From: Candidatus Micrarchaeota archaeon
GTDB lineage: Archaea > Micrarchaeota > Micrarchaeia > Anstonellales > Anstonellaceae
DNA: 22,883 bases
Direction: 5' to 3'
NCBI GenBank assembly: GCA_013331805.1
Contig: DUFS01000070.1
Span: forward strand, 1-22,883
The position numbers and the translations under genes are program-made. Positions 8,134-17,188 of this stretch are shown here, one piece after another (the first letter of the stretch is position 1; each line of letters begins with the position of its first letter). The notes under the pieces are model-generated. The model was not told the DNA's origin and searched no databases. It saw only the letters and a list, made by a program, of their open reading frames with translations.

Positions 8134-9126
8134 TTACGCCAATAATGAGATTATCTTTTCCACCATTTCGCTGGTTTTTGCGCTGCCGCCAACGTCCTTT
8201 GTCTTTACTCCGAGTTCGTAGCACTTGAGGATGGCTGCGCTGAGTTTTTCACCTGCGAACTTTTCCCCGATGTGCTCAAGGAGCATGGCAGTGGAAAGAA
8301 GCATTCCTGTTGGGTTCACGACATCCAGCCCTGTGTATTTGGGCGCGGAACCGTGCACTGGCTCGAAAAGCGCGTGTCTTTCACCGTAGTTGCCGGATGG
8401 TGCCATGCCCAGTCCTCCGATGAGCGCGGAGGATTCGTCCGAAAGTATGTCGCCGAAGAGGTTGGTGGTGACAATCACCTGGAACTCTTGGGGGGATTTG
8501 ACAAGGCGCATGGCTACTGAGTCAACGAGTGCGTCTTCGCAGGCTATGCCCTGATAGCCGCTGGCTACTCTGCGGGCTGTTTCCAGGAATAATCCGTCCG
8601 TCATGCGAAGAACGTTTGCCTTGTGCACAATCGTTACTTTTGAAAACCCTTTTCTCTTTGCGTACTCGAAGGCAAAGCGCGCAATCCGCTCGCTGGCGTT
8701 CTTTGTGATTACGCGGGTGGCTGTTGCTTTGTCGCCTTGCTGCGATTCAATGCCGGAATACATGCCTTCGGTGTTCTCCCGGACTATGGCAAAATTCAGC
8801 TGGGGGAAAGGCACTGGAACGCTTGGAAGAGAATGGATTGGGCGGAGGTTGGCGTACAATCCCAGCTCCTTGCGGAGAGCGACTATGGCACTCTTGTAAT
8901 TGGGGATGCTTGGAGGGGTGGTGACTGCGCAGAATAGTATGGCGTCCGAGGATTTGGCAAGGTCGATTGTTTGTTGCGGGAGGGACGTTCCTTCCTCCTG
9001 GAATGCAGCATAGCCAGCCTCCCCTTTCACCCATTCCACTTTTGCAAGCGAATCCACTGCCCTGCGCGCATGCGAAACCAGCCCGGGGCCAACCCCGTCG
9101 CCTTCAATGTAGAGGATTGTTTTCAT
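8134..9126 (-). CDS. Homoisocitrate dehydrogenase (isocitrate/isopropylmalate dehydrogenase family)
   Basis: Starts MKTILYIEGDGVG at ATG 9126; LYANLRP, RENTEG, VHKANV, NLFGDILSD, EPVHGSAP. Substrate inferred from context. Confidence 0.88.
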   Translation of the reverse strand: MKTILYIEGDGVGPGLVSHARRAVDSLAKVEWVKGEAGYAAFQEEGTSLPQQTIDLAKSSDAILFCAVTTPPSIPNYKSAIVALRKELGLYANLRPIHSLPSVPVPFPQLNFAIVRENTEGMYSGIESQQGDKATATRVITKNASERIARFAFEYAKRKGFSKVTIVHKANVLRMTDGLFLETARRVASGYQGIACEDALVDSVAMRLVKSPQEFQVIVTTNLFGDILSDESSALIGGLGMAPSGNYGERHALFEPVHGSAPKYTGLDVVNPTGMLLSTAMLLEHIGEKFAGEKLSAAILKCYELGVKTKDVGGSAKTSEMVEKIISLLA

Positions 9127-9136
9127 GCTGCCGCCC

Positions 9137-9634
9137 TCAGGAAACCAGGCGCCCAATATCATCTATCTTGTGATTCTTGAGGAATTCTAGGATGCCGCCT
9201 TGCTCCTTGAGCGCAAGAAGCATTGGGGAGATGGAAGCTGGAGTTCTTGCGCCGGTGGTCAGATTGACTGCCTCGTCATTCTCAATTTTCAGCTGGTGGC
9301 TTTCCTCAACGTCCTGGGCGAATTTCTCATCGACAACCACCAGCACCAAGCCCTGGTTGATTGCATTCCTGTAGAATATGCGCGCAAACGAGGGCGCGAG
9401 AATTGCCTCAATGCCGCACTCCTTAAGCGCACTCACCGCTGTTTCACGAGAGGAGCCGCATCCGAAATTCCTCCCAGCCACAATGAAGTCGCCCATCCTT
9501 ACGTTCGCAGCAAATTCCGGCCTGTGCTCTATGAATGCGATTTTTGCAAGCTCGCGCCTGTCAGTGGTGATGTTGTGCCTTCCAGGAGTGATGAGGTCGG
9601 TGTTTATCGAGTTTCCGAATTTCCAGACGCGCAT
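9137..9634 (-). CDS. Homoaconitase small subunit (LeuD/HacB/LysU family)
   Basis: VWKFGNSINTDLITPG, GRNFGCGSSRE, SFARIFYRNAIN. Confidence 0.92.
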   Translation of the reverse strand: MRVWKFGNSINTDLITPGRHNITTDRRELAKIAFIEHRPEFAANVRMGDFIVAGRNFGCGSSRETAVSALKECGIEAILAPSFARIFYRNAINQGLVLVVVDEKFAQDVEESHQLKIENDEAVNLTTGARTPASISPMLLALKEQGGILEFLKNHKIDDIGRLVS

Positions 9635-9643
9635 AATACCAGC

Positions 9644-10894
9644 TCATTTGAGATATGCCCTTGGGTCGGTTATTTTCCCAGTCAGGGCGGATGCTGCTGC
9701 TGTTGCAGGCGAGGCAAGGTATATTTTCGCCTTTGGGGAGCCCATCCTGCCTGTGAAATTCCGATTCGAGGTCGAAACGCAGACATCGTCATCGCCAAGC
9801 ACGCCCATGTGCCTTCCCAGGCATGCCCCGCAGCCAGGCGGGGCTATTGTTGCGCCCATTTTCGAAAATTCCATGAGAAAGCCGTTGAGAAGGCCCTGCT
9901 CGTATACTTCGCGGCTTGCAGGCGTGACTATGAATTTGACGCCCTCCTTCACCTTCCTGCCCTTCATTATCTTGTAAGCCACTGCCAGGTCCTCTATGCG
10001 GCAATTTGTGCACGAGCCCAGGAAAACCTGCGTTATGGGCGTGCCCTCCATTTCCGACACTGGCACGTCGCGGTCAATGTCAGGCGGGCAGGCGAGAGTG
10101 GGCTCTGTTTTGGAGATATCAATGTCAAGCACGCGCTCGAATAGCGCATCATCATCCGAGCGAAGCTCTTTGAAGGGCTGGTAGCGGTTCTGCCGTTCCA
10201 AATAGGCGCGGGTTTGGGAGTCGGCTGGCACTATGCCTGTCTTTGCCCCGATTTCCGCGCACATGTTGGTGAGCGTTAACCGCGAGGGAACGCCGAAATC
10301 CGGAATCGCGCTGCCTCCGAACTCCACGACACGGTAGTTCGCGCCCTCGCTTGAGAGTTCTTTCGCAATGCCGAGTATGACGTCCTTGGGGTAGGAGCCC
10401 AGCGGCAGCTTGCCTTCCAAGTTTATCCTGATTGTCTGCGGCACGCGCACCCAGATTTTTCCGGTTGCCATTGCTACAGCTGCGTCTGTGGAGCCAAAGC
10501 CCACGCACATCGCGCCAATACCGCCGCCGGTGGGAGTGTGCGAGTCCGCGCCAAGCAGGAAGGTATTCGGGTAGGTATAGCTCTCTGCCATCACCTGGTG
10601 GCACACCCCGTCGTAGTGGATTTTAACCCCCTGCTCGCGGCAGAAGCGCTCTATCTTGCGGTGCATCTCCGCCACCTGCAGGTTTGGCGCAGGATAAGCG
10701 TGGTCGAAGAAGATGAATATTTTTTTTGGGTCGAATACTTTCGCAGCTATCTGGCGGAAAGGCTCGATTGCCCACGCGGTCGTAGTGTCGTGCGCAAGCA
10801 CGTAGTCCACGTTGATGACCGCCATGTCCCCTACCGAAAGTGGCCTTCCGGCGTGCTCGGAAAGTATTTTTTGTGCAAGGGTTTCTCCGGACAT
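9644..10894 (-). CDS. Homoaconitase large subunit (LeuC/HacA/LysT family, [4Fe-4S])
   Basis: Starts MSGETLAQKI at ATG 10894; DH, GADSHT, GSCTN, CGACLG, STSNRNF. Confidence 0.93.
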   Translation of the reverse strand: MSGETLAQKILSEHAGRPLSVGDMAVINVDYVLAHDTTTAWAIEPFRQIAAKVFDPKKIFIFFDHAYPAPNLQVAEMHRKIERFCREQGVKIHYDGVCHQVMAESYTYPNTFLLGADSHTPTGGGIGAMCVGFGSTDAAVAMATGKIWVRVPQTIRINLEGKLPLGSYPKDVILGIAKELSSEGANYRVVEFGGSAIPDFGVPSRLTLTNMCAEIGAKTGIVPADSQTRAYLERQNRYQPFKELRSDDDALFERVLDIDISKTEPTLACPPDIDRDVPVSEMEGTPITQVFLGSCTNCRIEDLAVAYKIMKGRKVKEGVKFIVTPASREVYEQGLLNGFLMEFSKMGATIAPPGCGACLGRHMGVLGDDDVCVSTSNRNFTGRMGSPKAKIYLASPATAAASALTGKITDPRAYLK

Positions 10895-10909
10895 GGTTAA
10901 CACCAATGA

Positions 10910-11167
10910 TTACTGCTTGTTTTCCGTTGACTCAAGAACGATGTACGTAGTGGTTTCCTTGACGCCCCCGCACGCCCTTACGGCCTCCACCAGATTGTTT
11001 ATTTCATGGAGCGAGTCGCTTTGCGCGAAAATCAGAAGATCAAGCGTTCCGGTAAGCTCATATATGGTCTTTACCCCCTTGACGGGCCTTATGCTTGCCA
11101 CTATATTCGCGGTCTTGATTTTCTCGTCTGTTACAGCACCTATGAACACCGATATTCCGCTTTGCAT
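10910..11167 (-). CDS. Stand-alone Lrp/AsnC ligand-binding (RAM) domain protein, 85 aa
   Basis: GVKTIYELTGTLDLLI...GVKETTTYIVL RAM pattern with no HTH; GAGGTGG SD overlaps the hcs stop. Confidence 0.85.
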   Translation of the reverse strand: MQSGISVFIGAVTDEKIKTANIVASIRPVKGVKTIYELTGTLDLLIFAQSDSLHEINNLVEAVRACGGVKETTTYIVLESTENKQ

Positions 11168-11176
11168 GAAACCACC

Positions 11177-12253
11177 TCAGATTGCGAAATCAAACAGGTC
11201 CCGCTCCTTTTCCTTCAGGCGCGCGAGGGCCTTTTCCAGCTGCGGGTCCGACATTTTCATCCCCAGCGTTTCCGACAAGTAGCGCAGGATGTTCTTGCCG
11301 GAATAGCCGCCGACAACGAGCCTGCGCCTCCTTCCAATGCTTTCGGGCGAAAACGCCTCGTAGGATGCGCCCTCCTTGAGCACTGCCGCAAGGTGCGTGC
11401 CGCCCTTGTGGCGGAACACGTTCTCACCCACCACAGGCGAGAACGGGTCGGTCGGAAGGCCTGAGTGCTTGGAAAAGGAAGCCGAAAGCTCGACCAGCTT
11501 TTCCACTTTTATGTCCTTTCTCTGGCCGTAAAGCACCTGGAGAGCCATTGCCACTTCGGCTACTTTCGGTATTCCCGCACGCTCGCCAGCCCCGTTCACA
11601 GAAGCGTGTATGCAGTCCGCCCCTGCCTCCACGCCGGCAAGCGCATTTGCAAGCGCGAGCCCCAGGTCGTTGTGGCAGTGCACGTCAATGCCAGCGTCCG
11701 TGGCTGCGCGAACTTCCTTTACCACCGCGAACATGGCGGCAGGAGTCATTATGCCCACCGTATCGGTGATCGAAATCCTGTCCGCCCCGGCTGCCGTGGT
11801 CCGCCTGACCATCTCAAGCAGATAGTCCAGCTCGGTCCTCGAGGCGTCCTCGCAGGTGAAACGGAGCTTCAGCCCATGAGCCTTGGCAAACTCCACCATT
11901 TCCACGCCGTGTTCCAGCGCCTGCCCGCGGGAGAGGTGCAGCTTGTTTGCCAAGTGCATGTCTGAAGTGGAAAGGTACATTGCTATGAAGGAAGCGTCAA
12001 GGTCAAGCAATGACTCTATGTCCTCCTTTTTCGCCCTGCAGTGGAGCACCACAGTCGCACGCGGCTTTTCTGCCATCAGCCTGCGCGCTATCTCACGCTG
12101 CTTGTGACCGACTATGGGAGACACTTCAATGAAGTCAACGCCTGACTGGTCGATTTGGCTGGCAAGCTGCAGCGCCTCGCTTTCGGAGAAGTGCACAAGG
12201 GGCGCCTGCTCGCCCTCGCGCAAGGTGGAGTCCAGCAGAAGGGTCTTTCCCAT
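11177..12253 (-). CDS. Homocitrate synthase (DRE-TIM metallolyase)
   Basis: Starts MGKTLLLDSTLREGEQ at ATG 12253; HCHNDLG, GAGERAG, HKGGTH. No LeuA-type regulatory domain; context supports HCS. Confidence 0.9.
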   Translation of the reverse strand: MGKTLLLDSTLREGEQAPLVHFSESEALQLASQIDQSGVDFIEVSPIVGHKQREIARRLMAEKPRATVVLHCRAKKEDIESLLDLDASFIAMYLSTSDMHLANKLHLSRGQALEHGVEMVEFAKAHGLKLRFTCEDASRTELDYLLEMVRRTTAAGADRISITDTVGIMTPAAMFAVVKEVRAATDAGIDVHCHNDLGLALANALAGVEAGADCIHASVNGAGERAGIPKVAEVAMALQVLYGQRKDIKVEKLVELSASFSKHSGLPTDPFSPVVGENVFRHKGGTHLAAVLKEGASYEAFSPESIGRRRRLVVGGYSGKNILRYLSETLGMKMSDPQLEKALARLKEKERDLFDFAI

Positions 12254-12270
12254 AGGTTGCTTGTGGTGGC

Positions 12271-12360
12271 ATTTGTTTATAAATAATTCGTTAAAAAACA
12301 ACTAAAATCAAATATTTATAAATAAAATATAACTAAATTCGTTAAAAAAAAGAAATATAT
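12271..12360. promoter_or_regulatory. AT-rich divergent promoter region for the hcs operon and malic enzyme
   Basis: Palindromic TTTATAAA at 12276-12283 and 12315-12322; 14-bp direct repeat AATTCGTTAAAAAA at 12285-12298 and 12336-12349. Confidence 0.65.
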
Positions 12361-12445
12361 GACTATAAAGATCATGCCATGCCGCATCAAGTGGAATGAT
12401 GCCCATTATAATATTGCCATGAGGGATTTTGAAGGAGTTGGGATT

Positions 12446-13672
12446 ATGGCTGAGGAATTGGACAGGCGTGCAATCGAGCTCCACAGGAAAAACAGGGGCA
12501 AGCTAGAGGTGAAAAGCAAGGTGGACGCCTCCACCCGCGAAGGGCTTTCCCTCGCATACACTCCTGGCGTTGCCGCTGTTTGCAATGAGATTGTGAAAAA
12601 TCCCGATGCTGTTTACGACCTTACCATGAAATGGAATTCCGTTGCGGTGGTGTCGGACTGCACGCGGGTGCTTGGGCTTGGGAACATAGGCCCGCTTGCA
12701 GGAATGCCGGTCATGGAAGGCAAGGCAGTCCTGTTCAAATCGTACGCGAACATAGACGCATTTCCAATCTGCCTCTCCTGCCATTCTGCGGACGAGATTG
12801 TGGCAACTGTGAAGAACATCTCTCCGGTTTTCGGGGGGATAAATCTTGAGGACATCGAATCCCCGAAATGCTTTTCAGTGGAAGAAAGGCTGAAAAAGGA
12901 GCTGCCCATCCCGGTTTTCCATGACGACCAGCACGGAACCGCAGTGGTGGTTCTGGCAGGGCTCATAAATGCGCTGAAAGTGGTTGGCAAGAACAAGAAG
13001 AGCGCGAGGATCGTGGTGGCTGGGGCTGGAGCCGCAGGGTGCGCGATTGCCAAGCTGCTTGTTGCCGATGGCTTTTCCGATGTGCTGGTGTGCGACAGCA
13101 AAGGAATACTTTCAGATTCCGAGGGATTGGCGCCTTACAAGCGCGAATTGGCGAGACTGACCAATAGGAGGGGGAAGACCGGGACGCTTGCCGATGCCAT
13201 GCAAGGGGCGGATGCGCTGATTGGATTGTCTGCGCCCAACATAATTAGCTCAGAGATGGTAAAATCCATGGGGGCATCGCCGATAATTTTCGCACTTTCC
13301 AACCCAGTACCTGAAATCGCCCCTGAGCTTGCCAAAAAGTCGGGAGTAAAAATTTTCGGCACTGCGAGGGCCGACCTGCCCAACCAGGTGAACAACGTGC
13401 TTGGCTTCCCTGGGATTTTCCGGGGTGCCCTTATTGTGCGCGCAAGGCAGATAGACGAACGGATGAAGCTTGCGGCCGCATACGCCCTTGCCTTCGTGGT
13501 TGGGGAAAAGGAGCTCTCGCGGGATTTCGTGCTTCCTTTTGCATATGACCGGCGCGTGGTTCCTGCTGTTGCCACTGCCGTTGCCAAGGCTGCAATGAAA
13601 AGCAATGTTGCAGGGCTGAAAAAAAGTGATGCTGAGATCCGGAACGAGCTTGGGGCGCTCGGGCTCCTCTGA
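12446..13672 (+). CDS. NAD(P)-dependent malic enzyme
   Basis: ATG 12446 after AAGGAG; AYTPGVA, VLGLGNIGP, MEGK, NLEDI, DDQHGT, GAGAAG, NNVLGFPGIFRG. Confidence 0.93.
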   Translation: MAEELDRRAIELHRKNRGKLEVKSKVDASTREGLSLAYTPGVAAVCNEIVKNPDAVYDLTMKWNSVAVVSDCTRVLGLGNIGPLAGMPVMEGKAVLFKSYANIDAFPICLSCHSADEIVATVKNISPVFGGINLEDIESPKCFSVEERLKKELPIPVFHDDQHGTAVVVLAGLINALKVVGKNKKSARIVVAGAGAAGCAIAKLLVADGFSDVLVCDSKGILSDSEGLAPYKRELARLTNRRGKTGTLADAMQGADALIGLSAPNIISSEMVKSMGASPIIFALSNPVPEIAPELAKKSGVKIFGTARADLPNQVNNVLGFPGIFRGALIVRARQIDERMKLAAAYALAFVVGEKELSRDFVLPFAYDRRVVPAVATAVAKAAMKSNVAGLKKSDAEIRNELGALGLL

Positions 13673-13727
13673 GCTGCAAACGTCATTCTTTTAAATGGAA
13701 AAGCACCATGCATCCACGGTGAGGTGC

Positions 13728-15713
13728 ATGAGGTTTTGGGTCTTGGCCGCAGCATTGTTTCTTGCGCTTATTGGAAGCGCTCATGCGGGCTTCACCTACC
13801 TGTACTCGATAAATGGCTCCAACCCTCTTGATTCGGACGACTTCTACAAGTTCTACCAGCCGACCGGGCTTCTTTACGAGCACGGCAAGCTCTATGTCGC
13901 TGACGGGGGCAAGAACGCGCTTTATATCTTGAACGGAAGCTTCAGGGAAAGGGTGCTGCTTTCAACCTCAAGCGTCAACCCTTTTGACAACCCCCTCCGC
14001 ATGACCTACGAAAATGGCACGCTCTACATAGCTGACGGAATTTCCACTGTGGTGAAGACCTATAATGGCGAAGGGTTCAATGTCCTGGAATGGAACAAGA
14101 AGGAGGGCTCGAACATGGAAAAGCCCTCTGGGGTTGCGCTGGATGAGAGATACGCCTACATAACCGACAATGCACAGGGAAGGCTCTACCTCTATTCACG
14201 GGAAAATGAAATGTATGCCAGGGTGGGAATCGAAAAGGGCGGCTCGGATGGCCTCTTGCAGTCGCCCGCGGACGTGGAGATTTATCATGACAAGATTTTC
14301 ATATCGGACCAGGTCAAGGGACTGGTCTTCGCCTACGACTCCAACCTGTCCTTCCTTTACACCATAGGCAGGGGGCTTGGGGGGGTGGACCTTTCTTCGC
14401 CCAGGGGGATAGAGATTTTCGAGGACAGGATATATGTCGCGGATTCCACGAAAAACAGCGTGTTCGTATTCACATTGGACGGCTTTCCAATAGACAGGAT
14501 CGGCGCGGGCATTGCGAATGGCAGCCTGTCCCTGCCCGAGGACGTGGCAATAGGCGACGGGAAGATTTTTGTTGCGGATACCGGCAGCCGGAGGGTTTTG
14601 GTCTATGAGCTCAACAGGACCGTGGGGAACGACACTGTCAAGGAGCTCATTGATGCTGCCAACCGCTCGCTTGCGCAGCTTTACATTTATGCCCCAGTTG
14701 CAGCCAAGCTGAACCTCTCCTTCAGCGAGGGCAGCGCAGCTTTGGAACTTGCGACCGCCTTGACAAGTTACGACAACTTCATGTTCACCGACGCATCGGC
14801 GCTTGCGCAAAAATCCCTGGACCAGACAGTGGCCCTCCAGCTCAATCTCACGCAGGCAATCGAGCTTCGGGCAAGGCAGCTTGTGAAGGCAGAGACCGGC
14901 AGGATTGCCCCCTTCCGAAGGCCGGGCCTCGAGGGAGCAGCCCTTTCCAAGCTGACGCAGTTTGACAACATGGCATCAGACATAAACGCAAAACTCTCCG
15001 GCAAAGCATATGGGCTTGCCGCGGATGCCATACTGGAGCTCCCCGCCGTTGCCGACGAATACATCGCGCTGATTGGGCAGGGGGAACGGATGGAAGAGGA
15101 GCGGGAGGCCAACCGGACAGCTGGCGATTTTGGCATTCGGATTTCCGCGCTTAGGGTGAGGCTGGAGCGGCTCGGCGCGAATTCTGCCAAGTACAGGCAG
15201 AACGCCAATCTCACTGGCTCGCAGGAGCTTCTTGCGGCCGCTTCCGGCCAGGCTGCTGCGGGGGAATACGACTCTGCCAACAGCTCGATTGGCCTGGCAG
15301 AGTTCGAGATATCCTCCCAGGAGGCTGTGCTTCGGCAGGCGGCTGATGAAATCGACAAGGGGCTTGCCAACATAAGCTTGATAGAATTCGGCTTCAACGC
15401 AGCCGCAGGCAGGCAGATGCTCTTCCCGCCAGACCTTGCCGGGGAGAAATCGCAGATGCTGCAGGCAAAGGACATGGTTTACACCAATCCGCTGCTTGCG
15501 GTTGCAATGGCTTCCAAGGCAGCCGAATCCGCAGTTGAAAAATCGAACAGTGCGCAGGCTGTCTCGACAGCCGCTGCCGGGGTGCTGGTGATGCTTGCGC
15601 TCATAGGCCTGATTGCCCTTGTGTTCTCGTTCCACATATACTCAAGAAGGAAAAAGATGCGTGAGGAGAAGGCTGCGAGGGAAGAGCCCAAGCGCATAAT
15701 CTGGAAGGGATGA
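13728..15713 (+). CDS. Membrane-anchored surface protein with NHL-repeat beta-propeller and helical stalk
   Basis: ATG 13728 after GGTGAGGTG; signal peptide MRFWVLAAALFLALIGSAHA; about 6 P.G/D..(I/L)Y(V/I)AD repeats; Ala-rich helical region; C-terminal TM plus RRKK; many N-x-S/T sequons. Confidence 0.8.
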   Translation: MRFWVLAAALFLALIGSAHAGFTYLYSINGSNPLDSDDFYKFYQPTGLLYEHGKLYVADGGKNALYILNGSFRERVLLSTSSVNPFDNPLRMTYENGTLYIADGISTVVKTYNGEGFNVLEWNKKEGSNMEKPSGVALDERYAYITDNAQGRLYLYSRENEMYARVGIEKGGSDGLLQSPADVEIYHDKIFISDQVKGLVFAYDSNLSFLYTIGRGLGGVDLSSPRGIEIFEDRIYVADSTKNSVFVFTLDGFPIDRIGAGIANGSLSLPEDVAIGDGKIFVADTGSRRVLVYELNRTVGNDTVKELIDAANRSLAQLYIYAPVAAKLNLSFSEGSAALELATALTSYDNFMFTDASALAQKSLDQTVALQLNLTQAIELRARQLVKAETGRIAPFRRPGLEGAALSKLTQFDNMASDINAKLSGKAYGLAADAILELPAVADEYIALIGQGERMEEEREANRTAGDFGIRISALRVRLERLGANSAKYRQNANLTGSQELLAAASGQAAAGEYDSANSSIGLAEFEISSQEAVLRQAADEIDKGLANISLIEFGFNAAAGRQMLFPPDLAGEKSQMLQAKDMVYTNPLLAVAMASKAAESAVEKSNSAQAVSTAAAGVLVMLALIGLIALVFSFHIYSRRKKMREEKAAREEPKRIIWKG

Positions 15714-15714
15714 C

Positions 15715-16395
15715 GTGGATATTTTCAGGGATTCCCAGGCAGCGCTCGCTGTGCTTGCAACAGCCCTCTCGGCCGCAGGCTTTCTGTTTTGCCTCGGCGG
15801 CTACTTTTTCTTCTTCCTTTTCATCAGCAGCCTGGATAGCTCGATTTCGCCGCAGATCGAGTCCGCCGAGGCGGCATTGAAAGGAGCCGGGGAGATTCTT
15901 TCCGGAGCCGAACAGTCCGCTTCCTCAGCCTCGCAGGGCCTTTCGGAAGTATCTTTTGCGCTTTCCGCGTATTCCGGATCCACCGGAAGCATGGCTGACT
16001 CGCTTTCGAGCGTGGCGGCTATTCCCCCTTTTTCGCTTGACAGCAGGCTTTCCTCCGCGGCCGGCAAGCTCAAGGAGGCATCCGGGCATTTTGCTTCAGC
16101 CTCGTCCTCCCTAAATAATTCCTCAAGCTCGATATTGAACGCCACTGGCTCGCTTAGGTCGACTGCCGGGGACCTTGGCAAGGCGAAGGGTTCGCTTGGG
16201 CAGGCAAAGGCGCTTTTCAAGGACGCGCTTTCAAAGCTCCATCTTGTGGCCATAGCAATAGCCCTTGCGCTCGCATTGCTTTTTTCCTCTGTCTTTTCCC
16301 TCTCCCTCTCCATTCTTCTTCCGCATTACCCCCGGCTTTTTTCAAAGGAAAAGAAGGATGAGGATGGGAAAAAGAAGCCAGAGGAAAACGATTAA
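15715..16395 (+). CDS. Hypothetical two-TM membrane protein with Ser/Ala-rich heptad coiled-coil loop
   Basis: GTG 1 nt after the upstream TGA; hydrophobic segments at both ends; heptad-like central region; charged tail. Confidence 0.65.
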   Translation: MDIFRDSQAALAVLATALSAAGFLFCLGGYFFFFLFISSLDSSISPQIESAEAALKGAGEILSGAEQSASSASQGLSEVSFALSAYSGSTGSMADSLSSVAAIPPFSLDSRLSSAAGKLKEASGHFASASSSLNNSSSSILNATGSLRSTAGDLGKAKGSLGQAKALFKDALSKLHLVAIAIALALALLFSSVFSLSLSILLPHYPRLFSKEKKDEDGKKKPEEND

Positions 16396-17171
16396 TCCTG
16401 CTTTGACTTTAGCGCTTCAAGGATTTCCTTGTGCTGCAATCCATTGGAGGCGAGAAATTGCTGAGTCGTTAGTGACCAGGCCCTTCCTTCAAAATCAGTG
16501 ACTTTCCCCCCTGCCCGCTCCACTATGAATGCAGCGGCGGCAAAATCATAGGGCTTGAGCTTGAAATGCAGCGCGGCGTCGGCAATCCCGCATGCGACAT
16601 AGCCCATGTCGTAGATTGCCGAACCGATGAAGCGCGTGTGCTGGCTCATGCGCTCAAGGGCAATGATGCCTTTCATAAAGCCCTGGTCCTCAATTGTGTG
16701 GAGCCTGCTGTCGCACATCAGGAAAAAATCCTCAAGCCTTCGGATCTTGGATACTGAAATCCCCCTCCCGTTCAGCGTGGGGCGCTTCCCCTTTTCCGCA
16801 TAATAGAGCTCTTTTTGGGGAACCAGGTATATCCCGCCTGCGGTCGGCTTTCCCAAGGAAAAGTGCGCAATCGATATCCCGTACAGCGGGATGTTCTGGA
16901 TGAAGTTATGCGTGCCGTCAATCGGGTCGACCACGAAAAGGGATTCTGCCATAAGGTCGGCTTCCAGGTGCGATTCCTCGGAAAGCACTATTGAATCCGG
17001 ATGGCTTTTTTGTATCCTGCCGATTATTTTTTTCTCAGAGGCGAAATCGGCAGAGGTTGCCATGTTGTTCCTTTCCTTGGCTGTTATGGTCAGCCCCCTC
17101 TTTCTTTCGCGGCCGATCTCAACAGCAGAATCCAAAAGGCAACCTTCTATGAATTTCCTAATCGTTGACAT
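16392..17171 (-). CDS. Inositol monophosphatase family (SuhB/IMPase-FBPase-like)
   Basis: T.AD..SE, LSEE, VVDPIDGTHNF, IGSA, YDFAAA, AGGKVTD. Confidence 0.9.
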   Translation of the reverse strand: MSTIRKFIEGCLLDSAVEIGRERKRGLTITAKERNNMATSADFASEKKIIGRIQKSHPDSIVLSEESHLEADLMAESLFVVDPIDGTHNFIQNIPLYGISIAHFSLGKPTAGGIYLVPQKELYYAEKGKRPTLNGRGISVSKIRRLEDFFLMCDSRLHTIEDQGFMKGIIALERMSQHTRFIGSAIYDMGYVACGIADAALHFKLKPYDFAAAAFIVERAGGKVTDFEGRAWSLTTQQFLASNGLQHKEILEALKSKQD

Positions 17172-17188
17172 GGGGAATCCGCTCCAAG

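Noticed and set aside
9200..10144. 314-aa plus-strand ORF
   Set aside because: Antisense to the homoaconitase genes; no motifs.
8134..12253. Leucine biosynthesis operon (leuABCD)
   Set aside because: The synthase lacks the LeuA regulatory domain, no ilv genes are present, and the cluster adjoins lysWXYZJK. Dual specificity cannot be excluded.
12254..12445. N-terminal extensions of hcs (from 12301) and malic enzyme (from 12359); CRISPR-like reading of the repeats
   Set aside because: Extensions run through AT-rich promoter DNA and better starts exist. The repeats are short, occur only twice and have no cas genes.
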